A stretch of DNA of 64,000 nucleotides from Callorhinchus milii (taxonomy: Eukaryota), in contig NW_024704743.1 of NCBI RefSeq assembly GCF_018977255.1, forward strand, positions 98,768,001 to 98,832,000, written 5' to 3'. The notes under the pieces were generated by a model. That model saw only the letters and a list, made by a program, of their open reading frames with translations. It did not search any database and was not told where the DNA came from. A program made the position numbers and the translations under genes. Positions 23,946 through 60,700 of this stretch are shown one piece after another. Each line of letters begins with the position of its first letter. The first letter of the stretch is position 1.

Positions 23946-24429
23946 AGTTACAGATTAAAGCTGGATCCTATTGCTTTGAGCCAATCATTTGGCATTTGTG
24001 TGCTGCACTGCTACCATACCCCTTTCAACTTTGAATGCTCCAGTACACGTGTATGAAACTTTAATAAAGAAACTTTCATCAAAAAAAGTATTGTGTTTAC
24101 TTTAAAGCAGGTTGCTGAAAATTGAAGATTAACTAATCTTGAGGCACACCAGATGTATCCTCTAATCCCCCCCCCTACATTCCACAAGATGAATTTTAAT
24201 TATGTATTTTGTGTCTGCTCATTTGTATCAAACTTCAGTATTAGATTAAAAGTTGGATCCCACTGCTCTGAGCGACTCATCATATCACGCATTTGGATCC
24301 GGCTTAGCTGTTTCTAAATTCTTTCAGCATAATAGTTGCTGGTGATTTTCGTGAAATCTAACAAAATCTGAAATTTCCTCCCATTCATTTGTTTCCTACA
24401 AATCTTTGGTGGAGAGAGCGAGCAGGATG

Positions 24430-25120
24430 GTACGGGGTTAGGGGAAGCAAGACCATGGAGGGCTTTGAAGGTGAGGACCAGGTTCTTGAACTGTATCCTC
24501 TGTGTAATAGGAAGCCAGTGGAGTTGGGAAGGTAGGGTCGCTGAGCCTGGTGCGGAAGAGGACACAGGCTGCAGAGCTTTGGATGATCTGCAGCCCATGG
24601 AGGGAGGAGTTGGGGAGGCCGACAAGCAAGGAGTTTGCAGTCAAGCCTCAATGTAATGAAGGCATGTTTGAGGGTTCGGCAGCCTCCAGTGTGAGCCGGG
24701 CGATGTTGCACGGTGGGGGAAAGCAGAGTGGGTCATGGCACAGATGTGGGGTAGAAAGTATAGCTGAGAGTCAAGATTCCCAAGTTTCCGGACTGGCTTA
24801 GCAAGGTGGAGGGTGCAACCATGGATGGTGATACTGTCAGCACCTGAGGTGAGGAGACGCTGACGGGAGCCAATCAAGAGAGCCTCGGGCTTGTTCACGT
24901 TCAACTGAAGAAAGTTAGCTCTCATCCAGGACTTGTCTGACTGCCAGGATGGCAGTGGTCCTGGAGTCAAGGGTGGAGGCAGAGACGTAGAGTTGGGTGT
25001 CAACCGCATACATGTGGAAGTTGACCCCATGTCTGGATGATGTCACTAAGAGGGAGCATATAGATATTGAAGGAGGGGACCAAGGACAGAGCCCTGCGGA
25101 ACACCGCATGAGATGGTGCG
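24430..25120 (-). mobile_element. L2-clade LINE reverse-transcriptase fragment
   Basis: Broken frames give FHMYAVDTQLY, SWMRANFLQLNVNK and LHWLPITQRIQFK. Confidence 0.85.
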
Positions 25121-26068
25121 GCTATCTGACATATGTGGATACTCATCACCATGTTTAAGAGTATCCACATAATATTCTCATGACCCTAGAATATACTGTA
25201 AAGTGAATTTGATATTAAACAGCTATCAGGAAGCACATACAGAGCGAGAAGTGGGTTTTCTGTTGATTAAAGTCCAATTGATTAAATTGACATCAGATCA
25301 TCAAATTTGATACCATAAAATCATCACACGTTACAGCATTTGGTCCACCATTTCTGTTCTGGCTTTTTGAAAGAGCAACCCTTTTTACCTGCCTTTTCTC
25401 CAAAATCCATTAGAACCACCAAAGAAATGTGAATCATTACCTTAATTCAAAGTAGAAAATAAATTTTCAAAATGTTAAAATTCACAGAACAAAGTTATGC
25501 CACAAAATTTTAGTGAAACAGATAAGTTTTATGAATTTACATTTTACAATAAAATGTGGTTAAAGCAAACTTGTTTTGGCCGGAGCAGCATTATAGCTAT
25601 CTCTTAAAAACTTAGAACTTGTCTCACAGTTGCAATGTAAACTTTACATGGTCCTTTTAAAACTCAAAATGCATTTAGTCAAAGAAAAATACTGAGGAAT
25701 CCCATATTAAATATAGCATCAACTTTCTCTTCCCAGAATCATTGCTGCATCACGTGACTCAAAACCACGTTATAATAAAGGAATGAGAAAAACTATGGAT
25801 CACTTAGGATTGTTTAATTATTGTGTTAGAAATGTCAGAATTAACAATCAAAGCTGCAGGTCTTCCTTGACTAATGCTTGTTTGTTTTCAAAGGTTCTGT
25901 AGATGACGTGAAGCAGTACCAGGGTCACAGTTGAGGCAACACCTTCCTCTTTGCATTCTCACCTCACAATGTAAGATAAGCTAGAGAAAGTGAAGGCATT
26001 GTACAACAGTAATAGCCATGCAGGATGAGGAAAGTGAAAGTAGACAGCTATGCTCAGGTATGGCATTG

Positions 26069-48884
<22,816 letters not shown>

Positions 48885-49200
48885 TGTTGTAGCTGCTGTT
48901 GTCGCCGCCGCTCTCAGCCTCAGCCTCCAACCCCCCGACAATGACCAGGCACTGCGTCTGCGCAGCGGCTCCTCCGCTCCGACAGCCACTGAGCGCCCTG
49001 ACCGACCCCCCCCCCCCCCCACACACACACAGCACCAGCACAGCCTCAGGCGCATGCGTGAGACACCGCCAGGCCCGCCCTGCCGTGGTAGAGCGTGCGC
49101 ATGCGCACTCCTCCCCCACCACCACCACCACTATCACCATCACCCGGACCTCCCGTCTGGACTCGATTGACACCGCCTGAGCGAGGATGCCGGGTCGCGC

Positions 49201-49268
49201 GGGCGGGGTCGTGCGGGTTCACGCGCGGTTGGGCGGGCGGGGTCGTGCGGGTTCACGCGCGGTTGGGC
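49201..49268. repeat. Perfect 34-bp tandem duplication in the USP14 promoter
   Basis: GGGCGGGGTCGTGCGGGTTCACGCGCGGTTGGGC occurs twice in tandem. Confidence 0.95.
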
Positions 49269-52200
49269 GTGTTTTATTGCTGGGCCTAATTTTTTTTAAA
49301 TTGTGATCGACACTCGCTAAACCCTCCCCCCTCTCCCCCCGACCCCCCACCCCCCACTTTTGAAAACCTTTTCTTACGCAGTTTGAAAAGCACTGAGAGA
49401 CCCACATTATCAGAGAGAGGCGTCTCCCGAGACACCCCACCCACTGCTCTGGACCCTCCGGGCGAGAGCTCACGTTCCAAAAGATGTCCACCTGCCTCTT
49501 CCTCCCACAAAATATACAGTCAGTTTGCCTTGCGGTACATTGCAAATGGCCCACACTGCTCCAGGTCCCCCGCACGTCCCGCCCCCCACCCTTGGCGGTC
49601 GGGCGTTCAGCGACTCTGCCCCCGTACTCGGGCACTCTATGCCGCGATCCCTGCCCCTCACCCCCTCTCTTGCCTCCCCAAGTCCCGTCGAAAGAACTTT
49701 CGCTTCGACCCTGCCTTCGACCACCCGGCTTCCTGCTCCCGATTGCAACCCAGCACCTTCCGCCAGAGGGCAGGTTGGGTGAAGTTACAATATTCCCTGT
49801 GGTTGAGTTATTTTCTGACCAACATTGTTGAGGCTCAAATATTAATGGCAGTCGTTTGGTTGAACTATGAATTTTATTTTGGGCACCTTGATATCTGACA
49901 CATACAGTAATCCATCACCATACCATCCAAACCAGACCAAATTCCGCATAAGTATGTCATCTATACATCATGGAAATGTCTGTGCCTGGATTGGAGTGCC
50001 CGCTCTCCCAAGAAGGTCATTCCTTACCAGTTCTGGTCAAGCTTCATTGGCTCCCCATCACCGAACAGATCGACTTCAGGATCTTCACAATCATATCCAA
50101 ATCCCCTCGCTCTCTGGCACCTACCTCTCCAATCTCCTCATTCCCCAATCAACCACCCTGTGCCTCCGCTCGACTGGCCCCGACCTTCTGCTCGTCCCTC
50201 ACTCCCTCTGCCCCACCATCGGAGGTTGCAATTTCAGCCACTACACTCTGAAACTCTGGAACACTCTGTCTCAATCCCTCCACCTTGTCCGCTCTCCCCT
50301 TTTTCAAGTCCCACCTGGAAACTTTCCACTTCAACAATGCTTACATTTTGCATTTGATATAGCGCCTTATCATGTTGTCGAAACATCTCAAAGTGCTTCA
50401 AAGGATATGCTGTAAAGTGGATTGACTGTGTATTTTGTGGAGAAATCTTAAAAGAAGCCAAGTGGGAAGAATTCCTGTCCCAGATTGGTCTGCCCCTCCC
50501 AAGTTCTGCTTAAGATTCAGTTTGGTTCATCAGTGCCTTGGAGTACTGTGGTCCTGCCTGATTCAGGAACTGGACTACTATGGTTCCCACCGAGGGTTGA
50601 CTTGATTCTGACATTCTATTGGAGTCAGCTCAGCTCCAAGGAGATTCCACGTACCTCCTCCCAAAAACGATGGCCAACAGAGTTGGCAATTGAGATCATC
50701 ATTTAGTGTGTAACAAAGCATGTCTGCAAATATACAACCCAATGCCAGCACAGAAGGGTGCAGAGGATTATTGGGAAAACATATTTTTGCTAATAGTTTG
50801 TTACCACCTAGTGGGGTATTGGAAGAGTAGAGGCTTGTGTGAAATAAACACCAGCACAGATTAGTTTGGCTGAATGTCCTGTTTCCATTCTGTATCATTG
50901 TATTTCGAATTCATCTTTAAAGTTTGTTGGTTCTGAAAAATGTTATTAAAAAGATTAATATCTTGAATTATACAGCAGTTTTCTTCATTAAACAAGATAA
51001 ATAATAATAATATAATAATAATCCTTGCGTTTGATACAGCGCTTTTCACGTCGGGAGGACGTCCCAAAGCGCTTCACAGAACACACTGTAAAGTGAATTG
51101 ACTGTATATTTGTGGGCGAACGCGGCAGCCAATTGCGCACAGCAATGTCCCACAAACAGTCGTAGATTGAAAATGACCAATTTATTATTGTTTTTGGTTT
51201 TGGAGGGATTATTATAAATCCATATATAATAAAAACAACATGGTTCAAAAGTATTATTTTGGACACATTTCAAACAGAATTTCTTAGGTTCCTGAACTAA
51301 AGAATGGCTTACAGACATACACTCTGCTGACGAAAGAGCATCAAACACTATTTTGGGATAAGTTTTATTTTTTGTTATCTTTCTCCTCCCTCCAATTTTC
51401 TCCCACTGATATTGGGGCACATCAACCTGTTAACTGTTGAATTTACATTTTGCCAGTTGGGGTCCCTGAGCTATGACCACTGTTGAGACAGTGATACTGA
51501 GGCACAGGATTCTTGGGTGCTGGTTAACCATTATATGCCAATAAATCTATGCCAACCAGAGGTCTGCACTCCTGAAGAGTAAGAAGGTTGTTCTCCAGTC
51601 AGCAAATTCACCACAGGGCCATCCCTGGTGCACTGTGCAGCAAGATGGTCATAGGAACAGGAGTATATTCAGCCCTTCAAGCCTGTTCCACCAGTCTATT
51701 AGATCATGGCTGATCTCTACCTCAGCTCCATTTTTCCCGCCTTTTCTCCACATCACTCGATAACCTTACACAACAAATATTTATCAATCTCAATCGTGAA
51801 AATTCAAATTGATCGAGCATCCACAATCTTTTGGGGGAGAAAATTACAGATGAGTCTGGATCAAAATAGTTTCACACAACATACTATAAGAACAGAATGG
51901 TCACCATACCACAGGAAGGATATCGTAGCTTTGGAGGTTTATGTACAAACACACTGACAATTTGGCCTGAATGGTCTTTTTCAATGCTCTACCATTCTAT
52001 GCAATTATATCTGTTGTCTATCTGAATCCCATGAACCCACAGTATATTTATAATTTGGCAGGGCACTCATAATGCTCATGGTCATGTGAAGCCCATTTAA
52101 CATCAAGATGCATAGCATCAGGGGGATGTTATTCAATTCATGTCAGCCTGGCTTGGTTGGTACCACTCACCTCTGAAGCAGGAGGTTTGTTGCTTCAATC

Positions 52201-53309
52201 CCCACATTGGGACTTTGAACTTAATCTAGGGTTGGCATTCCAATATAGTGTTACAGGAACACTGCATTGTTGAAAGTGCTGCCCTGCATGTGAGGTGTTA
52301 AACTGAAGTCCCATCTGCCTGTTCAGGTGTATGTTTAAGTTTCCATGACTCTATTCAAAGAGAAACCGCTGGGCTGGCAAACAATCCCCAAGGTAAAATC
52401 ACAACATTTTACAGTACATTCTTTTGAGGTGTTTCAGTGATGTGATAAGATAAAGTTCCAACGAGGTTATCAAACCCTCAATGGCATATGGTTACCTCTT
52501 TCTGCATGTCCTGTAAGGTTGCTGTAAATCAGTCCCTCCTGAGAGATATCCCATGTGAAGTGAGATTCTTTTAACAAAAACATTTAATTAAAAAATATAT
52601 AAAATAATAATCCTTGCATAAGATATAACTCCTTATCAAGTCGCCGATTTATCTCAAAGTACATCACAGGATGTCCTGTAAAGTAGATTTTTGACTGTAT
52701 AGTTTGTGAACGAAAAAAAGACTTAAGTTGGCTGATGGGAAGGCTCTCATAGGTAAGAAGATCCTGCCACGGCTTGTTCAACGCCTGGCTCGATATATAT
52801 CTTTGACCATGCTTTTGGTCATCTTTCTCCTTCCACCCCATCCCATGTGCCCAGTGTCAAGCGCTTTGAAATGTCCTCCTGACTTGAAAGGCATTATATA
52901 AATGTAAATTGTATTGTATTCATTTTAAATGAATAACCAGTCTCCATGATTGGTATGTCAGACATAAGAAATATAAAACACTTTTTTTTAATAAATTCAC
53001 TTTTTTAAACAGAAACTTCAATAAAGACTTCAGTCTCTTTGCCCATATTTGGGTAATTTTACTAATCTAATATGCACCTTGAATTAGCTTAACCAACCAT
53101 TTTTTAGCCTCAATGCAGTATTGTGCAACTGTTGCTCCCAAACGCCTATTTAGAAGAGAGTAATGTCAGTGGCACAGTGAAACTGAGGTTTTGTTCAAAC
53201 ATTCACATCCCAGTTTAGTACCGAATAATATTTTGCAGCAGAAAATAAACTTGTTTGATGAGACAAATTCATTGAAAACACATATACCATCATTTTCCAT
53301 TAACAAGGC

Positions 53310-54796
53310 AACTTAACATAGATATGTTTATTGGTACATACCCATCAGTGCGGCTTTCATACCATTTAAAACATGCGTTCATCCTAAACACAAATCCAAT
53401 TTCCAGTGCTTTTAATACGTGTAACTGCAAAGCCGTTATAAATTACTTTGGGAGGTATTGGATGACTTAAACCATACCATCCATATCATGAATGTGCTCC
53501 TGCTTAATGGCAAGAGATAAAACAGCATTTACAACATAATTCCTATATTCCGGAGTGAGTCCTGAAATAATTCACAAGAACACAAATTTGCATTTGCTGC
53601 CTTCTGCAGTTCAAGTTTGCTGCATTTTTCCTATGAATAAATCCCACTCATTATTTACCGTTTACATTGCATTCAGAAAGTATTCCTAAATTTTAAAAAA
53701 ACCTCAGCTTAAAACTCATTTCAAACTCAGGATGGTAAAATCATAATGCAAAAGAAAATGTTTAAGCAGATAGTTATTTGAAATTACGAGTTATTGATAT
53801 GGCAGTATAACAGTTCTCCAAAAGTAAGGCACTAACAGGTTATGCTACACCTGTTCAAGTGTTTTAAGTAGAATAATTTATGTTTTAAAACAGTGCACAA
53901 TTTCTTTTTGTTTGTTAAGTTAATGTTCTCTACCATATAGTAAGGATTCATTTGCAAATGTAAGGCAATACATTATAAAATTATTACAAAATGATATAAC
54001 CCTAAAAATACTCACAAACCTGGTTAATCCGAATTGTTGCTATTATTCTAATACCTCCGTTTGTAATAATTCAATCCATGATATGCTATGGCTTGGCAAA
54101 AAAAATGCATAGATCAAGTGATACATTTTGCTCATTCCTCCCAGTTCTGTACATTTTTAGGTGAAGTATTTTGGACAGTAAAATTCTAAAGCACTTATAC
54201 CAGCAGTATATCAGACTTTTCCATCTTAAAGCTGAGAGATTTATAAGCTTTAAAGTCTCGACAGATCTACACTGAAGGCATGAAAAGTTCAAGTGAATAC
54301 ATGGCTAGTTCCGAGACAATCTCCATGTCTTTCAAGCATCTGATGATAGCATCCGTCAAAGCAGTTCCATTTTGTCTCATATTATTTTCAGCACTTTTGA
54401 TTCCATATCGCCCCTCCATGACTCAACACAAGCAACCCCTGTAGAAAGTGCAGCCGCCCTGTCCCTTACTTAAATGATATAATGAAAGCTCATTGCACTA
54501 TTCCACAATGATCCACCCTGGTGTTCACTTGGTTATACAGAAAAGGCAGCATCTTATTTCTAGCTATACTTTATCTTTAGCATTGGGAAAAAAAAACTAC
54601 GCTAACATGGGCAACCCACAATGAACACCCCTCAGCATGCTTGTGCTTCAGCAGAAAGTGGGGAGTTGAGGAACAATTCTTGCCCCGAAACGTGTGTTTG
54701 TATCAAAAGGAATCAAAACCAGTTTTCACTGCTTTGTATTAGAAATTCCTGGTTTTGTGGAAACAGTCCATCATCAGATTCCAATTCCCAAGGTGG
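53310..54796 (-). other. ROCK1 3'UTR
   Basis: AT-rich stretch with no recognisable repeats between the TAA stop and the AATAAA. Carries several miRNA seed matches. Confidence 0.7.
53327..53332 (-). terminator. Candidate polyadenylation signal of ROCK1
   Basis: The minus strand reads TGTACC-AATAAA-CATATC followed by TG-rich sequence, about 1.47 kb after the stop codon. Confidence 0.6.
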
Positions 54797-57700
54797 TTAG
54801 CTGAAATAGAAGAGAGGCCATTTTAAAGGAGAGAAATATTGCATCTTTCTGTGCATAATAACTAAACAGAAAAGCTATATAAAAAAAACATTATTTGGAA
54901 GCCAAATTCTATTATGTACTAGACTTCACAGACCATCTCACTCGTCCTCTCTTGACTGCACTGGCTCCCTTACCCCAGTGGATCATTGTTAAGATCTTCC
55001 TACCTCTGTGATCGCATGTGGCCCAATTCCCCTGGCCACTCCCTATCTCTGGCCTGCTTCATATCCTCATCTCCCACCAGCTTCACCCAACTATTGGCAG
55101 GTGAGATTTCAACCACTGTCAAGGATTCTTTTTCCAAATGCACCCATCTCACTCTCTCCTTCATAGCCTTCAAACCCCATCTAAAAATCTCTTTCTTTGA
55201 TTTCACCTTTGCACATTCCCATCTTACTTCAAGCTTGGGCTCTCACTCAGTCTTTGTAAAGCGCGTGGGCTCTCCCTATGTGAAAAGTCCTATTCTGTAT
55301 CATTGCAATTCTAACTGACTCAGCATTGATAAGGGATCAAAACATTCCGGTCTACGTGGCTTAGCACCAGATCACAAAGTGGACTCAATACACTGACCAG
55401 GGACCTGGCAACCCTTCCTGAAGGTGTTTAATAATTAATATTTTTTAAAAAGTTTGATATTCCTTTTCAGTTCTTCGTTTAAAAAATATTTTACACTAGA
55501 AACTGTTCAAAATTTCACTAAGGTTCTAGCAAAGCAATGTTGTCTTAAACATTACAATTTGAATAAGAACTCTCTTGATTAAAAATGCATGTTTACCACT
55601 TGCTTCACTTTATTTATTGATACTTGGCCTCAACTTGAAAATTCATAGTCTCTACAATAATGATGCTGCATATTTCAATGTGTCAGCTGGAAAGGCAAGT
55701 AAAGGTTTACCTTTTCTGGTTCCTATTTTTTTGAAAAAAATTATGTTTTTGGCATTTCTCTTCATTGGTTGGGTGGAAGATATTACAAGAAAGTAATCTG
55801 AGGGATTCAGTCCCACTCTCAAGTGTTATTTTATTGATCAGGGCATAGCAGTGCAGTGCTTTCAAAACCCTTTATCTGCATTTTGTTATGCTCTAAACCA
55901 TTAATTTCTACAGAATTTTCAATCAGTTTCCTCTGAAATCGTAACCATTCTCTACCTTTCTTTTACGCTAACTCTTATGTGAGAAAGGTCAGTATAATTT
56001 TAGGTGCACGGGTAAAAGTACTACAATTTATTGCAATACCATCTCCTATTCAGGTGGCATTTTACTTTAAAACTCAGATATACATTGAAAGAAAAACCTT
56101 CTCTGAATCATATTACCTGGGTTTGCCTTGGACAATGTGTTTGGCAGGTTTGCGAAAAGATTGGTTTGGCACTGATCTTGTGGAAGATGTCCTGGGAGAA
56201 GCACGAATAAAGCTTGAGACAGCTGGCGGGGTTTTAGGAATCTTCTTCACCAAATGGCCGATCCATTTCTTCTGCTCATCCTGAGAGCATGCCAATAATA
56301 TTATGTCTTTAGCCGTGGTCACATCGTAGTTCACTGAAGAAAAGATGGATACTTTCAGCAAAGGTAGACAAAGCCACATTTTACTTTCCTCAGTATAGTA
56401 TTTATATTTGGTTACTGAGCAGTGCAGATTCACAACCCGTTCTCAGGCCTCTGGAATCTCCTCAGCCTGCTTCAAGTAGGTTGGCAGACAATTCACCAAC
56501 TGACTGTCCCTACGTTAAAAGAAATGCCTTTTCTTGGTTCAGCATCTGGACCAGATTGATATCAGCATTTCGTAAATTAACAGTGAACCCTGTCTTATTT
56601 CAATTACGTGGAATATAGTGTATTAGTATAGATTTAAACCCTGGTTAGCCAGACTAAGTAAGCATAACATTTTAGGCATTTACTTTGTATTTTATAGAGG
56701 AAATAGGAAAAAGTCATATGTTGAATATTACAAGATTGTTTTGTTGCTATACACCGTATTTCAGTTCTAACTGAATACAATACATTACAGTACAGTTTAC
56801 ATTTAACAGTGACTTTTTCCATAGTTCAGGGCTTATCATTTGCCACACAGAAAGTTATTTTCAACCACTAAATAAAGTGGCTCATTAAATACATGACGAC
56901 AACATATAGCGATGCCTACAGGCAATTCTAACATAAATACAAAACTATGTTGTTTACCATTAAACATTAAAACTATTTTACTGAACTACATCCCCACACA
57001 GAATAGGTTCAGAATAGATTTTAAATTTAGAAGTAGGGTATCACTGCACCAGGAAACATTTCCTTTTTCCCTCTTAATTCAAATTCTAATTTTTGTAGTG
57101 CTTCGCAACAAGCAACTTAGCAGAACTTTTTTTGGACTATTAATTTTGCATCAATCGAAAAAAAAAATCAAACCTTTGCATGGTGCAATCATGTCTTCCT
57201 TTTTATCCAAATGATCCTTATGGCACTTAACATGGCATCGCCTGCATTCCAGTGCGGCTGGTGGTTTGAAGACATGCCACAGAGGTTTTGCACAGGCTTC
57301 ACAATTAGCAGGGAAATGGTAAAGTGTGGGGATGAATTCATGACCCTTATGAGGTATAAAGTCAGGCTTTTCTGTTGACTGGACAGAGTCTGCTTCCACA
57401 TCTTTTCTACATTCACCTTCATTGGCATACAATATCTGAAAGATTGAAGCATTAAGTTTGAATTAGCACTTCATACACAAAAACATACACACAAGCGCAG
57501 ATCTAATGAAACAAGTTTGTGAAAATAGGAAGCAAATCTTTTGAAACTTTTAGACACAAGGAAATTACTTTACAACAACAAACTTAGTAACCTTAGGAAT
57601 CTCTTCAACATTATTCATAAAAATGTATTTCCCTGCTATTCTCTATGACAAACAGAATAATAATAAAGGTGGCAGCGCAAACTAAAGATACTATGTAATC

Positions 57701-60700
57701 AGGAATACTGGTAATATAAAAGTGCTCAATTTTGAGCAGATGCCAGCAAAAGTTCAGTTTGTAAGCATGAAATTTGCAAATAACGCACTCTAGACATTTC
57801 AGAATCCCTTGAAACAAAATTATCTTAAAGTTTCTAACTCCTCTAACCCTTTTAGATGTAAACACTTTAATGCACAATCCTGATGTGGAAATTATTATAC
57901 CAAACGTAAGGATTATTATTATTTACTTTGCAGTAACAATTTATACTTTACAATAAGCCTTTTTACTGCAACAACTCACTCCCTCACTCTCTCTTTGGGT
58001 CTCAGAACCGCAACATAACCTTACGCATTTCAATCAAAAGCACACAACTGTAAAAATGGAGTTGTAAATCAAAATGGGTTTATGGAAGTAACTGTATTTG
58101 ATCACAAATACCTGGAATATCCTAGGAATTTCTTCAGTCTCTGCCCTATAAACATCACCTTGTGTTACAGGTCGCACATGGAACAATTTGCTGAAACAAA
58201 ACAATAATTTATTTTAAAATTGATGCAAAATTTTACATATCAAAATTCATATGTACATATAAATTAACTTTCTCCTCAGATCAGCAGTACTTAAGGGTTT
58301 CTTGAGAATTTTAAGATTGTGTTTCTTGGGAATCCATCCTTTATTTTACTTTTTAAAAAATGTCTCTTCAATTCAGTGATCTTCTTTGTAGTGAAGGTTA
58401 GTGATCCATTCATTTAAAGATTTAGCGTTTCGCTCAATATATGGACGAGTATATTCTGTGAAGCGCTTTGAGAGGTCTCGAACACGTGATAAGACGCTAT
58501 ATCAAATGCAAGAATTATTATTATTATCCCATCATTATGAGTGCCTGAAGTTATTTTGCACTGAATATGTGCAATCTGAAGAAAGTTGATGAATCAGCAA
58601 TAAAAAGGATTGGCTAATTACAAGATTAATTTGGATTAAAAAAGTCCTTTGACTCATCTGATCTTATCCATCCTATCGTTACAACTTTTTTTAAAAATAA
58701 GTCCCGTGTCTTTGCCTCTGCAACCTGGAATATCGATAGAGATCGATAGATTTTTAAAAACTAAAGGGATCAAGAAATATGAGGATAGGGCAGCTAAATG
58801 GAATTAGGTTAGATGATCAGCCATGATCTTATTAAATGGTGGGGCAGGTTCGAGGGGCCGAATGGCCTACTCCTGCTCCTATTTCTTATGTTCTTATGTA
58901 ACCTATTCCAGTCATTAACTACCTTCTGGGTAAAGAAAAACTTCCTGGTATCTGTCCTGAAATTTTACTTTGAAATGTAAACCTAAATCCTCTTACTCTA
59001 CTGTCTTGGTGCATCCAAAAGTATTGCTGCGTTTAATTTTTCAATTCCATTTAAAATGTTATGCTGTTAACCACTGCGGTCTTGATGGGCTGAATTGGGC
59101 TCCTTCCTCACTGTAGATTTCTATTTCTACCTCTTATAAGATCCCCTCTGAGTCATCTCCTCTCCTTATGTCATGATGGTTATTAAAGAGGTCATCAACA
59201 AAGGGAGCCATTGCATAAACCCAAGTTTATATAAAAATAAATCAAACCCAAGACTGAAGCATCAACTAGAGATTTGGAAAGGACTTCTTTAAGGAGGCCT
59301 TGTAACAAACAGCAAGCGATATGAAAATTTGAATTCTGGTCTCCCACCTGACATGGCAATGCTCAGAAGAGACTAGAAGATGGGAAAATGTAACAGAAAT
59401 CACTGTCATTCTGTGTCAAACCACAGCTGTATTTTGTTATTGTTATAGTCAATCAAATCATGTGAGATCATGAAGCAATTTCACCCTGTAACTTAGAGAA
59501 GCACTGTTAAGTTGTACTTACTCTATATCCAGTACCATAGAAGGATTAGATTGTTCTTTATCCATTTCATCATTGTAAAACAGAATCTTTCTGCTGCTGA
59601 CAACGACATACTGTGGACAAAGGTGCATCAAAAATCAACTGAGGGCACAATATTTGGGGGAAAAATTGATTTTTCAAGAAAAGTTAATCTCCAATGAATA
59701 GCTCTTTAAACTTCTGAAGCAAATTGCCTAATGGGTTAAACAAATGTTAAATCTACAAACAATTTAAGAGTTAATTTTAATTGTTCTACAATTAGAAGCA
59801 CATAATTAACAAATGTAATGTTGTAAACATTATGCATTACACAATGAAAATAAAGAGGGTACAGCATTCTTGAGAGCTTTATTTGAATATGCTAAAAAGT
59901 ATTAGTATTGAATGCGATTTTACTCAATTTCATAAATGCAGTGAGTTCACAAATGCTTCTCCAAAGGGCAGGGAGAGAGGCTTAACACTTGGCAATCTCC
60001 TAGTGGCAGTTATACACTTGTACTGGCTCCTCTTTTGACTAGATACTATGTGCATACAAGTAGGTATGTTCAAAAAGAATGAATACCTCCAAAAAATACA
60101 AGATTAATTAAATGCTGGCCTGGCCTTCTTAGAGTTTCATCATGTGCAAGGGATTTTTAGACACATTGTCAGCCAGACCAATGAAACAACAGTAGTGAAA
60201 TCCATATGGTAACTTCAACCTGCCAGCAGTCAGACAGCCCAAAGTATTGCAATCTGCCCACACTCTTGGCAACATAGAAGCTGTGGTTCTTCAGCCTATT
60301 CAATATCATCCTTGCAGAATATCAAGCATTTTGTCTTGCGTCCAATTTAACTACCCATAGTGGATTGCTGAATGGTTGAGGAACTCAGCGTATGGGGAAC
60401 AGAATGTACAAACTCATGTTCCATCACTGTGCAGTGAATCTCAAGAGTGGTGCTTTAGCAAAATCGAACTGGACTCTCAATAAGTTAATGAGAACTACAG
60501 AGATGTATTTAATGAGACACTGATCTACAGAGACATATTTAATGAGACACTGATCTTCAGAGATGTATTCAATTAGATAGTCATTCACAGAGATGCACTT
60601 GGGTAACTCATTCTGCTTGCGTGGGAAAATGTGTTTTTTCTCTCAATCTGCAGTTTAATTGGATGATGCAAATTATATTAAAGCTTCAAAGACTTCAATT

